Source of the DNA: an uncultured delta proteobacterium
GTDB lineage: Bacteria > Myxococcota_A > Polyangia > Palsa-1104
DNA length: 64,000 bases
Direction: 5' to 3'
NCBI GenBank assembly: GCA_963785725.1
Contig: CAWAWS010000002.1
Location: 192,001-256,000, forward strand
In this document: in pieces, positions 43,495 to 56,355 of the stretch
Position numbering within the stretch: position 1 is the first letter of the stretch
Layout of the letters: every line of letters begins with the position of its first letter
The notes under the pieces: generated by a model
Databases searched by the model: none
What the model was told of the DNA's origin: nothing
What the model saw: only the letters and a program-made list of their open reading frames with translations
Made by a program: the position numbers and the translations under genes

Positions 43495-45744
43495 CTAATT
43501 GACGGGCTCGAGCGCGATTTCGCCCGACGGCCGCCGCGGCTTGAGCGCGCGCTCGGCCGCCCGCATCGCGTCGGCGTCGCGCGCCGCGGCCACGGCGGTC
43601 AGGTTGATCTCCTCGAGCAGCCCGCGCTTGCGGCGATAGTCGACGTGCTCGTCGTAGCCGGGACCGGTGAACGCCGTCGAGCGCTCGATATACTCCAGCC
43701 GCTCGCGCTCGCGCTGCTCGTGAATGCGCCGCATGTCGTCGGGACCGCGGATGATGTAGGGCGTCAACACGATCAACAGATCCTGCTTCGTCCGCTGCTT
43801 GCTCTTCGACTGAAACAGCCGCCCCAAGATGGGAATGTCACCGAGCAGCGGGATCTTCGTCACCACCTCCGACTCCGACTCCTTCGTCAGACCGCCGAGC
43901 ACGACGCAATCGCCGTCGCGCACCACCACCGCCGTCTTGATCTTGCGATCGTTCGTCGTCGGACCGCCCGGCACCGACGTGCTGGCGTTGTTGGCGACGT
44001 CCTCGATGTTGCCGTCGATCTCGAGGCGAATCGAGTTCGACTCGTTCAAGTGCGGCGTCAGCTCCAGCGTCAACGCCACCGGCGTGCGCTGATAGGTCGC
44101 CGCCAGCGCCGTCGACGCCCCGGTCGTGGCCGAGGCCAGCGACGACGTCTGGTAGACGATGTTCTGCCCCACCGAGATCGACGACTTGGTGTTGTCCATC
44201 ATCAACAGATGCGGCCGCGAGATGACGTTCGAGTTCGTGCTCGTCTCCAAGGCCTGCAAGACGACGCCGAAGCTGGGAATGTCGGTGCCGAGGAACGAGA
44301 ACGCCTGGCCGAACACGCCGGCGAAGAGGCCGCCCGACGCCGCCGCCGCCGCCACGCTCGTCGGGCTGAACGTCACGGCGTTCGTCCCCGACTCCGACGC
44401 GACCGCCGCCGTCGTCGTCGACGTGCCGCTCGCGTTCGTCGCCGCCGCGCCTTGATGAAAGGTGACGCCGATGCTGCGCAGGTTGTCGAGCGACAAATCG
44501 AGGATCACCGCTTCGACGTAGACCTGGCGCCGCTGCACGTCGAGCTTGGCCACCAAGTCGCGCACCATCGCCCAGTCGACGGCGTTGGCATAGACGACGA
44601 GCGCGTTCGACGTCTTGTCGGCGCCGATGCGCACCTCGCCCGAGAGCGGCAGCGCCGCCGATGAGCTGAGCGGCGTCGACGGTGTGGCCGCGCCGCCCGC
44701 CGTGTTGACCGGGCGCGCCGTCGACGAGGACGCCGCCGAGCGACTGCCGAGCCCGATCGATTGCAGCGTCGCGGCGACGTCCTCGGCGTTGGTGTTGGCG
44801 AGATAGAGCACGTGGCCTTGCGACGCCGCGCCGTCGTCGGCCGGCGGATCGATGCGCGCCGCGATCGCCTGCACGCGCTGCCAGCCGACCTCGTTGCCGA
44901 TGATGGCCAGCTGGCGCGCGCTGTCGAGCGGCACGAGGGCGCGCACGTCGCCGTCGAGCGCCACGGCCATCGGATGCGCGCCTTTGTCGCCGCTCGCCGG
45001 CGCCGGCGAATGATGCGACGCCGCCGACAAGATCTTCTCCAGCGCCGCCGCCAGCTCCGTCGGCGACTGGCCGTGCGTCTCCATCGTGTAGATGCGCGCG
45101 CCCGCTTCGCCGACGTCGAGCGCCCGCGCCACGTCCTCCATGCGCCGCACGTTCACGGCGCGGTCGATGAGCACCAGCGACGCCGCGCCGAAGACGCTGA
45201 CGTCGCCGTCCTTCGACTTCAGCTTGCCGAGGAGCTCGGCCAGCTCGCTCGGCGTCGCGTGCGCCGGATGAAACAGCCGGACGACGAAGCGATCATCGAG
45301 CGGCACTGCGCCGTCGCCGAGCTCGGGCGACGCCACTTCGCGCGCGCGGCCGGAGTCGACGATCTTGATCGCGCCCGCCGAGGCGTCGACGGTCAGCCCC
45401 ATCACCTCCAGCGCACCATAGAAGAGGCGATAGACGTCGGCCGCGGTCACGAGATCGGGCACCTCGAGCACCATCTTGCCGTTCCGCTGCGCGACGGCGC
45501 TGGCGACGAGAATGGGCCGACACGAGATCTCGCCCAGCGACGCCGCCAGCTCGCTGACGCCGACTTCGCCGCGCACCGTCCACTTGAACTTCTTGTCGGG
45601 CGGATACTTCTTGCAGCCCAAGAACTCGTCGGCGCCGGGCGGCGTCGCCGTCGGCTTGACCGCGAGCAGGCGCTCCTCGCGCGCGCCGGCCACGCCGGCC
45701 ATGAAAATCGACAGCAACGTCAGTACGAACGCATCCCCGCGCAT
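43495..45744 (-). CDS. gspD: type II secretion system secretin
   Basis: N domains, LDVQRRQVYVEAVI, NVISRPHLLMMDN, KIPLLGDIPILGRLF, LLIVLTPYII. Confidence 0.88.
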   Translation of the reverse strand: MRGDAFVLTLLSIFMAGVAGAREERLLAVKPTATPPGADEFLGCKKYPPDKKFKWTVRGEVGVSELAASLGEISCRPILVASAVAQRNGKMVLEVPDLVTAADVYRLFYGALEVMGLTVDASAGAIKIVDSGRAREVASPELGDGAVPLDDRFVVRLFHPAHATPSELAELLGKLKSKDGDVSVFGAASLVLIDRAVNVRRMEDVARALDVGEAGARIYTMETHGQSPTELAAALEKILSAASHHSPAPASGDKGAHPMAVALDGDVRALVPLDSARQLAIIGNEVGWQRVQAIAARIDPPADDGAASQGHVLYLANTNAEDVAATLQSIGLGSRSAASSSTARPVNTAGGAATPSTPLSSSAALPLSGEVRIGADKTSNALVVYANAVDWAMVRDLVAKLDVQRRQVYVEAVILDLSLDNLRSIGVTFHQGAAATNASGTSTTTAAVASESGTNAVTFSPTSVAAAAASGGLFAGVFGQAFSFLGTDIPSFGVVLQALETSTNSNVISRPHLLMMDNTKSSISVGQNIVYQTSSLASATTGASTALAATYQRTPVALTLELTPHLNESNSIRLEIDGNIEDVANNASTSVPGGPTTNDRKIKTAVVVRDGDCVVLGGLTKESESEVVTKIPLLGDIPILGRLFQSKSKQRTKQDLLIVLTPYIIRGPDDMRRIHEQRERERLEYIERSTAFTGPGYDEHVDYRRKRGLLEEINLTAVAAARDADAMRAAERALKPRRPSGEIALEPVN

Positions 45745-45756
45745 GGTCCGGCCTTG

Positions 45757-45772
45757 AGCAACCGCCGTGCCG
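45757..45772 (-). promoter_or_regulatory. sigma54 promoter of gspD
   Basis: Minus strand CGGCACGGCGGTTGCT: GGCAC and TTGCT with exact GG-N10-GC spacing. Confidence 0.7.
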
Positions 45773-46023
45773 TCGATAAACGCTCGCGAATCGGCGATTG
45801 GCGGCGTTCTAGCGCCATCTTGTCAGCGGTCGCGGCGAGCGCGCGTGACAGCCTGGCAGCGCGACGCGCGCAAGAACGGCGCGCCGCACCGTCGCTGTCG
45901 AGAAGTGTGCGGCCGAGAATAGGCCGCGCGAAACTGCGTAGGCCGAGCCTGTGCGGCGCGAACAATCGCCGCCGGAATTGCGGATGAACGAAGCTGCGGC
46001 GGGAATGGCCGGGCGAAACGACG

Positions 46024-46719
46024 CTACGCCGACTTCTGCAGCTTCAGCTCCGGCCGCTCGAGGCGGGCCGTCGCTGCCGGCGTCGCCGTCGCCGCCACGT
46101 CCGCCTGCTGCAGATAGCGCACGAGCAGCGCCGTCACTTCCTCGATGAGCACGTCGGGATTGGGCGCGTCTTCCGGCCGCGTCGCCGCCGTGTGAATCAG
46201 CGCCTCGATCGTCTGCACCGTGATGAACGCCGCGACGTCGAGATCCGCTACGCGCACTTCGTCGCGATGCCGCTCGAAATAGGCGCGCCCGAGCGTGCGC
46301 ATGCGCGAGACGACGTCATGCAGCCGGCTGAGCCGCCCGACGCGCGGCACCTGCTCGTTGAGCACGCGATGCAGCGCCGGATCGACCGCGTGCGCCTGCA
46401 TCATCAGCGTCACCATGCGCCGCAGCGCCGCCGCCAACGGCAAGTCGGCCACGCGCTCCATCTCTTCCGACAGGACCGCCGCCATCTCGTCGAAGTGCCG
46501 CTCGATGAGCGCCGCCACCAGCGACTCCTTCGACGGGAAATACTGATAGAGCGAGCCGATGCTGACACCGGCCGCCTCGGCGATGCGGTTGGTGCTCGCG
46601 TGGTCGAAGCCCTCCTTGACCAAAACGCGAGCGGTCGCGGCCAAGATGACGTCGACGGTCTCACGGCTGCGTCGCTGCTGCGGGGCCTTGCGCGGCACGG
46701 TGCGGGTACGAGGCGACAT
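46024..46719 (-). CDS. TetR/AcrR family transcriptional regulator
   Basis: PQQRRSRETV...STNRIAEAAGVSIGSLYQYFPSKE HTH. Confidence 0.92.
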   Translation of the reverse strand: MSPRTRTVPRKAPQQRRSRETVDVILAATARVLVKEGFDHASTNRIAEAAGVSIGSLYQYFPSKESLVAALIERHFDEMAAVLSEEMERVADLPLAAALRRMVTLMMQAHAVDPALHRVLNEQVPRVGRLSRLHDVVSRMRTLGRAYFERHRDEVRVADLDVAAFITVQTIEALIHTAATRPEDAPNPDVLIEEVTALLVRYLQQADVAATATPAATARLERPELKLQKSA

Positions 46720-46811
46720 GCGATTTGCTCCTACGAATCGCTCGAAACATGAGCGATGACTCGCATTCTAACCACTTATGACCGCCTGCGTCAATCACGA
46801 ATGACAACATA

Positions 46812-46864
46812 TGACGCTGGTGTTCAATTTAGAATTGACACTGATGTTCAATTCTCATTATCGT
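46812..46864 (+). promoter_or_regulatory. sigma70 promoter overlapped by tandem TetR-type operator sites
   Basis: TTGACA (46835-40), 18 nt, TATCGT (46859-64); palindrome AGAATTGA-N9-TCAATTCT (46831-55) and an imperfect copy TGACGCTGGTGTTCAATT (46812-29). Confidence 0.7.
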
Positions 46865-46870
46865 CAGCCC

Positions 46871-47566
46871 ATGTCCGGCGACGCCAAAGCTGACCGCGCT
46901 CGCGCGCCCATCCGCCGCCGGCAGCGACCGCGCGCCTACTTGCGAGCCGACGAACGGCGCGCGCAGATCTTGGACGCGGCCAAGCGCATCTTCGCGCGCC
47001 GCGGCTATCACGGGGTCAACGTCGAGGACATCTGCAACGAGGCGCGCATCGCCCGCGGCACGCTCTATCAACACTTCGACAACAAGCACGACGTCATGTT
47101 GGCGTTGATGGAGGAGCTGGCCGCGCGCGTCGCCAACGTGCTCGAGACGCGGCCGCAGCTCAGCCCGCCGTCGCGTGAGGTCGCGCAGCTGCCGCTCATC
47201 GTCGCCTTCTGCAAAGGTCGCTTGCGCCAGCTGCTCGACGCCGTCTTCGTCGACGAGCCGACCTTGCGGCTGCTCTTGCGTGAAGCGCGCGGCCTCGAAG
47301 GCAACGTCGATCGCGTGATGGCGACGATCGATCGGCTCATCCTGCGCGCGCTCGAAGCCGACTTGAGGGCCGCGCAAGACGCCGGCTTCTTGCGCGCCGG
47401 CAGCCCGAAGCTGATCGCGCGCTACCTGCTCGGCGGCGTCGAGAAAATGGTGTTGACGGCGATCGAAGCCGACGAGGTGGTCGAGATCGGCGCCATCGTC
47501 GATTTGGCCGTCGAAATGGAGCTGTTCGGCATCTTGAACGAGGAGGTTCGCCGCCATGAAAAATAG
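46871..47566 (+). CDS. TetR/AcrR family transcriptional regulator
   Basis: ERRAQILDAA...VEDICNEARIARGTLYQHF HTH. Confidence 0.9.
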   Translation: MSGDAKADRARAPIRRRQRPRAYLRADERRAQILDAAKRIFARRGYHGVNVEDICNEARIARGTLYQHFDNKHDVMLALMEELAARVANVLETRPQLSPPSREVAQLPLIVAFCKGRLRQLLDAVFVDEPTLRLLLREARGLEGNVDRVMATIDRLILRALEADLRAAQDAGFLRAGSPKLIARYLLGGVEKMVLTAIEADEVVEIGAIVDLAVEMELFGILNEEVRRHEK

Positions 47567-48557
47567 CAAGTATTGGCCACCGTACGAATTGGTCGAGGGT
47601 TCGCTGGTCGAGGATTCGCTGGTCGAGCGCACGCAGGCCAAGCTCGATCGGCTCGAGCGCCTCTATCATGTCGGGCAGACCCAGATTTGGGACGGCCGCC
47701 AGATTCTCGGCGAGCTCATCGCCAAGCACGGCAAGCCCGTGTTGCCGCCGCATCAGAAGGAGTCGGCGCTGCGCGTCTTGTCGGTGCTGTTGTGGGGCGA
47801 GCTGGCGGCGTGGGCGATCTCGGCCGATCTCGCCGAGCGCATCGAAGACGTCGAGGCCAAGATGGCGGCCACCTCGCAAGCGCACGACGAGGCGCGCCAC
47901 TTCTACGTCTTGCGCGACTATCTGCGCGCGCTCGGCGATCCGGTGCCGCGCCTCGGCGGGATCGGTCGCCGGCTGCTCGTGTCGATCTTGGAGACGCCTT
48001 CCTTGGTGCACAAGCTCATCGGCATGCAGCTCCTGACCGAGTCGAACGCGCTGTCCATCTTCCACGCGCTCGTCGACGTGCGCATCGAGCCGGTGCTCGC
48101 CGATCTGCTGCCGTATTACGAGAAGGACGAGGCGCGCCACGTCGGCCTCGGCGTGCTCTATCTGCCGCGTCTCTTGAGCCAGCTGTCGACGGCGGAAGTG
48201 GCCGGCACGGTCGCGTTTCAGCTGCGCTCGATCCTGATGCTGATGACGGCGGGCATGACGATGCACGAGCACTGGCACAACCTCGGCATCGACCCGCGCA
48301 AGCTGGCGCAATACACGGTCAAGATGCAGAACGAGGTGACGCGCGACATCCTCGCCGACGCCGACCGAGAGGGCGCCAGTCGCGAGCAGCGCAGCGACGC
48401 CGTGCGCGGCCTGTTGAATCCGGCGCACGGCTTCGGCCCGCGCATCCTCGACTTCTTGCATCCGCCAAACGGTCGCGAGGCCGCGGCGCCGTGGCATCGC
48501 CGCGCGCTCGACGCGTGGACGCGCGGCGCCTTCTGGGCCGACCGCGCGCTCGCCTGA
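47556..48557 (+). CDS. ferritin-like diiron-carboxylate protein
   Basis: E...DEARH pattern twice (WGELAAW, HDEARH, LTESNA, KDEARH); GGAGG RBS. Confidence 0.8.
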   Translation: MKNSKYWPPYELVEGSLVEDSLVERTQAKLDRLERLYHVGQTQIWDGRQILGELIAKHGKPVLPPHQKESALRVLSVLLWGELAAWAISADLAERIEDVEAKMAATSQAHDEARHFYVLRDYLRALGDPVPRLGGIGRRLLVSILETPSLVHKLIGMQLLTESNALSIFHALVDVRIEPVLADLLPYYEKDEARHVGLGVLYLPRLLSQLSTAEVAGTVAFQLRSILMLMTAGMTMHEHWHNLGIDPRKLAQYTVKMQNEVTRDILADADREGASREQRSDAVRGLLNPAHGFGPRILDFLHPPNGREAAAPWHRRALDAWTRGAFWADRALA

Positions 48558-48639
48558 CCCCGCGGCGGCGAGGCCGCGCGCGCGGTCCAATCGCGTCGGG
48601 TCGCACCGTCGGCAGAGTGTGCTAGTGTCCAAGGCTTCG

Positions 48640-51423
<2,784 letters not shown>

Positions 51424-51424
<1 letters not shown>

Positions 51425-51934
51425 TGGTCGCCAAGTATCGCTGGTTCGTCATTTGGTTCGTGGTCGCGCTCGGTCTCGATCAAGGCTCGAAGATTTGGGC
51501 GCGCAGCAGTGCTCAAGCCGATCTATCCGCAGGTCAAGACGGTCGTGAGCGGCTTCTTCGAGATGCGCTATTCGGAGAATCCGGGCTCGGCGTTCGGCGT
51601 TTTCCGCAACATGCCGGGCTCGCGCTATTTCCTGTTCATCGTCGGTATCGCGGCGCTGCTCTACGTCGCCTACATGCTCAAGCGCGCGGCGCCGTCGGCC
51701 GGTCGGCTCGGCGCCGAGCTGGGCCTGCTCGCCGGCGGCGCCTTCGGCAACATCATCGACCGCATCATGATCGGCCGCGTCACCGACTTCATCGTCTGGC
51801 GCGCCGGCTCGTACGAGTGGCCGACGTTCAACATCGCCGATGCCGCGCTCGTCGTCGGCGTCGCCTTCCTCTTCTTCGACATGAAGAACCACGAGAGCCC
51901 GAAAGCGGCCAAGGCCAGCCCGGCGAAAAAATGA
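51424..51934 (+). CDS. lspA: signal peptidase II, copy 1 (frameshift ~51505)
   Basis: LDQGSK, NPGSAFG, GNIIDR, VTDFI, WPTFNIAD; TGATG-coupled to ileS. Confidence 0.9.
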
Positions 51935-52454
51935 CCGGTAAGCCCGCAACGGAGGGTCGGCGCTATCGCGCGTTCGCGCTCGCGGCCGCGCTGTCGTTGG
52001 CGGCCGATCAGCTGTCGAAGTCGTGGGCGCGACGCGTGCTGCAGCCAGATCTATCCGCGCGTCAAAGTCGTCGTCGCCGGCTATTGGGACTTCCGCTACT
52101 CCGAGAACCGCGGCGCCGCGTTCGGCTTCGCGGGCGGCATTCCCGGCGCGCACTTGGCCTTCGCGGCGCTGGCGTTGGCGCTCGCCGTCGGCTCGGTCTT
52201 GTACTTGCGACGCGCGCAGCTGGCGCGTCCCGTGCTCTTCGGCGGCGCGCTCGGCTGCGTCGTCGGCGGCGCGCTCGGCAACGCCATCGACCGCCTGGCG
52301 TTCGGCCGCGTCACCGACTTCGTGGTGTGGAAGGTCGGCTCGCCACGAGTGGCCCACCTTCAACGTCGCCGACGCCGCGCTCGTCGTCGGCATCGGTGGG
52401 CCTGCTCATCGACAGCTGCGCCAAGGCCGCCGAAGCGCCAAGAAGCGCGCGTGA
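51931..52454 (+). CDS. lspA: signal peptidase II, copy 2 (frameshifts)
   Basis: ADQLSK, NRGAAFG, GNAIDR, VTDFV, WPTFNVAD. Confidence 0.85.
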
Positions 52455-53406
52455 TGCGCCCAGTGCTGCTCGACTTCCACTGCGCCGTCTTCGGTCAGGT
52501 CGGCTTCCCCGCCTACTTCATCGCTGCTGATGCTCGGCTTCGGCCTGGCGATGATCCTGACGGTCCGCGAGGCCGCCGCCTCGGCATGGACGGCGACCGC
52601 GTCCTCGACACCAACTTGTGGATGGTCGTCTGGGGCATCATCGGCGCCCGCGTGCTACACCTCATCGCCGACGGCCACTTCCACGACTACGTCAATTTGT
52701 GCGTCAACCCGAAGCTGGTGCCGGCCATCGACGCGCGCGTCGCCCAATGCGTCAACGCCGCGCAGTGCGGCTACGACTATCTGTGCGACACCGTCACGCA
52801 CAAGTGTTACCCGCCCAAAGACTGCTTCGCCGCGCTCGAGGTCTGGCGCGGCGGCCTCGCCTATTACGGCGGCTTCATCTTCGCCGTCGCGCTTCGCGTT
52901 CTACTACGTCCGCAAGCACCAGCTCGGCTGGTGGCGCACGGCCGACCTCGGCGTCGCCCGGCATCATGCTCGGCCTCGTCTGCGGCCGTCTCGGCTGCTT
53001 CTTGAACGGCTGCTGCTACGGCAAGCCGACGACGTCGTTCATCGGCGTCGTCTTCCCGCGCGGCGGCGCCGCCTGGAAGCAACAGCTCGACAACGGGCTC
53101 ATCCAAGCCGGGCAAAACGCGCTGCCCGTGCATCCGACGCAGCTCTACGAATCGTTCGCCTGCTTCGTCTGCTTCGCGCTGCTCTATTACGTCATTCGCC
53201 CGCGTCGTCGCGCCTACGGCCAAGTCTTCGCCTGGATGCTCATCCTCTACGGCATCGGCCGCTCCATCTGCGAGATCTGGCGCGACGACGACCGCGGCGT
53301 CATCCTCGGCTTCATCTCGACGTCGCAGATCATCTCGGTCCCGCTCATGGTCGGCGGCGTCGCGCTCTTGTGGTGGACGCGCCGCCGAGCCCGCGCCACG
53401 CTGTAA
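52454..53406 (+). CDS. lgt: prolipoprotein diacylglyceryl transferase, copy 1, with Cys-rich insertion (frameshifts)
   Basis: MRPVL, IIGARVLH, WRGGLAYYGG, GRLGCFLNGCCYG, HPTQLYE, RDDDRG, STSQ. Confidence 0.88.
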
Positions 53407-53410
53407 TCGC

Positions 53411-54259
53411 TTGCGCCCCATCCTCTTCAGCCTTCCGTTCGGCTCGCCGCCCTTCGGCCTGCACACCTACGGCGTCTCGATCGCCGTCGCGTTCCTCGTC
53501 GCCATCTTCGTCGGCACGCGCACGGCCGCGCGCAGCGGCGAGGACCCCGATCGCGTCCGCGACTTGTGCTTCTGGCTGCTCATCTCGTCGCTCGTCGGCG
53601 CGCGCCTGCTCTTCATCCTCACCAACGTCCCCGACTACGTGCACCTGTGCCGCGACCTCGGCGACTGCACGCGCGCCTTGCGCGTCTGGGAAGGCGGCCT
53701 CGTCTTTTTCGGCGGCTTCTTCGGCGCGCTCGTCACCGGCGTCTTCTACATGCGCCACTTCAAGATGCGCGTCTGGCGCGTCGCCGACAGCCTGGCGCCG
53801 TCGGTGCCGCTCGGCCAATTCTTCGGCCGCCTCGGCTGCTGGGCCGCCGGCTGCTGCTGGGGCCGACCGGCCGACGGCGTCGCGCTGCATTGGGCGGCAC
53901 GCTTCCCGCGCGTCAGCCTCGTCTGGCAAGACTACGTCGCCCGCCACGCGCTCTCGCCCGACGCCCTGACCACCCCGCCGCTCCATCCCGTGCAGCTCTA
54001 CGAAGCCTTCGCCAACCTCGGTCTCTTCTTGGCGCTGTCGATTCTGGGTCGTCGCAAGCGCTTCGATGGTGAAGTTTTGTGCGCGTATCTGGGCGGCTAC
54101 GCCATCCTGCGCTTCGTCCTCGAGCTCTTTCGCGGCGACGACGCGCGCAAGTTCGTCGTCGCTGGGCTGTCGACGTCGCAAGCGATCGCGCTCGTGACCT
54201 TGCCGCTGGCGCTCGGCTTGGCCTGGTATCGGCGCCGATCGGCTTTTTCGCGCGTTTGA
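53411..54259 (+). CDS. lgt: prolipoprotein diacylglyceryl transferase, copy 2
   Basis: RPILF, HTYG, VGARLLF, WEGGLVFFGG, GRLGCWAAGCCWG, HPVQLYE, RFVLELFRGD. Confidence 0.88.
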   Translation: MRPILFSLPFGSPPFGLHTYGVSIAVAFLVAIFVGTRTAARSGEDPDRVRDLCFWLLISSLVGARLLFILTNVPDYVHLCRDLGDCTRALRVWEGGLVFFGGFFGALVTGVFYMRHFKMRVWRVADSLAPSVPLGQFFGRLGCWAAGCCWGRPADGVALHWAARFPRVSLVWQDYVARHALSPDALTTPPLHPVQLYEAFANLGLFLALSILGRRKRFDGEVLCAYLGGYAILRFVLELFRGDDARKFVVAGLSTSQAIALVTLPLALGLAWYRRRSAFSRV

Positions 54260-54283
54260 ACGATCGCTGCTAGCGTTTCGGCC

Positions 54284-55045
54284 ATGCGCGTCCACGTCGC
54301 CTTCTTCATCGTCGCCGCTTGCGCGTTGCCGGGCTGTGACCAAATCCTGCCCGCGCTCTTCGGCAGCGGCGCCACCGACATGGCCTCGACCGACCTGGCG
54401 TCGACCGATATGTCCGGCGATCTCGGCGTCGTCCGCGAAATCCAAGGTCAAGTCTGCGTCATCACCGACGTGCGCGACTACCGCAGCTGCGCCGTCGAAA
54501 CGTACCCGTCCGCGCTGCGCATCACCGTCGAGGAGACGCGCGACGAGGTCATGACCGATCTGGCCGGCGCCTTCACGTTGCCGCTGTCCGCCACCGTCGC
54601 GACCGCCACCGTCGCCGTCGTCGATCCGAGCGGCCGCTATCAGACGACCATCACGCCGCTCAAGCTCATCAACGGCGCCAAGACCAGCGTCGCCTTGCCG
54701 CTCGTCCCCGCCGCGTCGGTCACCGGCATCGCCAACAACGCCGACGCCACGCTCGATCCCAACCGCGGCGTCGCGCTCGTGTGGGCGGTCGACGAGGTCG
54801 GGCTGCCGGTCGCCGGCGTCAGCGCCAACACGTCCATGCTCGCCGACGGCGCCGACGCCAACGTGCTCGTCGCCGCCAGCGCCACCGGCAGCCGCGGCGC
54901 CATCGGCATCGTCAACACGGTCGTCCCGACGCTGACGTTGACGCTGACGACCGCCGCCTCGTCCGCCGTCGTCGGCGACACGTTCCAGCTGCCCATCCGC
55001 GCCGGCGCCGTCACGACGACGACGCTGGTCCTGCTCCCCCGCTAA
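54284..55045 (+). CDS. hypothetical lipoprotein
   Basis: Lipobox LPGC, short DMAST/DLAST linker repeats, beta-rich body. Confidence 0.65.
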   Translation: MRVHVAFFIVAACALPGCDQILPALFGSGATDMASTDLASTDMSGDLGVVREIQGQVCVITDVRDYRSCAVETYPSALRITVEETRDEVMTDLAGAFTLPLSATVATATVAVVDPSGRYQTTITPLKLINGAKTSVALPLVPAASVTGIANNADATLDPNRGVALVWAVDEVGLPVAGVSANTSMLADGADANVLVAASATGSRGAIGIVNTVVPTLTLTLTTAASSAVVGDTFQLPIRAGAVTTTTLVLLPR

Positions 55046-56355
55046 TTTCCCGCGAGCGCCCGCAAGAACGCCGCCGCCTTGACGCGCGTCTCGGCCAGCT
55101 CGTCGGCCGGCACCGAATCGGCGACGATGCCGCCGCCCACGCCCAGCGTCAGCTCGCCCTGCCGCACCACCGCCGTGCGAATCGCCAGCGCCAAATCGCA
55201 CGATCCCGACGGCCCGAGCCAACCGATCGCGCCGCAATAGACGCCGCGCCGCGTGCCTTCCAGCTCGTCGATGATCTCGACCGCGCGCAGCTTGGGCGCG
55301 CCCGTGATCGATCCGCCGGGCAGCGTCGCCGCCAACGTCTCGGCCAGCGGCGTATCGAGCGGCACCTTCGCCTTCACCGTCGACACCAGGTGCTGCACCG
55401 TCGGCAGCTGCAACAGCCGCGAGAAGCCGTCCACCGCGACGCTCCCGGTCTTCGCCACGCGCCCCAAGTCGTTGCGCAAGAGGTCGACGATCATGAGGTG
55501 CTCGGCGGCGTCCTTCGTCGCTCGGCGCAGCTCGTCGGCGAGCCGCGCGTCCTCGGCCGCGTCGGCGCCGCGCTTGCGCGTGCCCTTGATCGGCCGCGTC
55601 TCGACGAAGCCGGGCCGCGCGCGCAAGAACAGCTCCGGCGAGTTGCAGAGCACGGTGCAGCTGTCGGCGGACAAGTAAGCGCCGAGCGGCGCCGGCGCCA
55701 GCGCGCGCAGCCGTAAGTAGAGCGGCAACGCGTCGTGCGCGCCCAGCTGCGCATGCAGCCGATGCGACAGATTCACCTGATAGGCGTCGCCGGCGCGCAA
55801 ATACTCGAGCACCTGGTCGACGCGGCGCATGTACTCGGCGTCGGAGATGGCCCAGCGCGGCTGGTCGAGCTGCGGCGTCGCCAAGGGCGGCGGCGTGCGT
55901 TCGAGCCGATCGAGCAGCTGTCGCGCCGCCGCGCCGTCGAGCGCCAACACTTCGCACTTCCGGCCCTGCTTGCGCCAAACGGCCCGATAGCGCGCGAAGT
56001 CGACGCCGGGCAAGCCCAAGTCGTCGACGGCGGTCAGCCGGCGGCCGGCACTGCGCGCCAGCTGCTCGGCGCCGGCGTCATACGAAATCCAGCCGACGGC
56101 GAAGGGCCAAAATTCATCGACGGGTCCATGTTGCCAGCGACGCTGCGCGGCGCCGAGCAGCTGCAGCGGATCGCCAGCGTCGCCGAGCGACCAGACGAGC
56201 CCGTCGTCGGGATCGCAGCCGGCCCAGGTGACGCCGCCCAAGCCGTCGGCGTCGATGCCACCGTCGAGCAGAAACGGCCGCTCGCCGCGATGCAGCCGGC
56301 GCAGCGCCTCGCCCGGCTCAAGCGCCGGCGCTGGAACCCGGATCATGACCGCCAC
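55042..56355 (-). CDS. pabB: aminodeoxychorismate synthase component I / anthranilate synthase component I family
   Basis: GDAYQVNLS, SPELFL, TRPIKGT (PabB-type), EHLMIVDLLRNDLGRV, PGGSITGAPK. Confidence 0.8.
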   Translation of the reverse strand: MAVMIRVPAPALEPGEALRRLHRGERPFLLDGGIDADGLGGVTWAGCDPDDGLVWSLGDAGDPLQLLGAAQRRWQHGPVDEFWPFAVGWISYDAGAEQLARSAGRRLTAVDDLGLPGVDFARYRAVWRKQGRKCEVLALDGAAARQLLDRLERTPPPLATPQLDQPRWAISDAEYMRRVDQVLEYLRAGDAYQVNLSHRLHAQLGAHDALPLYLRLRALAPAPLGAYLSADSCTVLCNSPELFLRARPGFVETRPIKGTRKRGADAAEDARLADELRRATKDAAEHLMIVDLLRNDLGRVAKTGSVAVDGFSRLLQLPTVQHLVSTVKAKVPLDTPLAETLAATLPGGSITGAPKLRAVEIIDELEGTRRGVYCGAIGWLGPSGSCDLALAIRTAVVRQGELTLGVGGGIVADSVPADELAETRVKAAAFLRALAGN

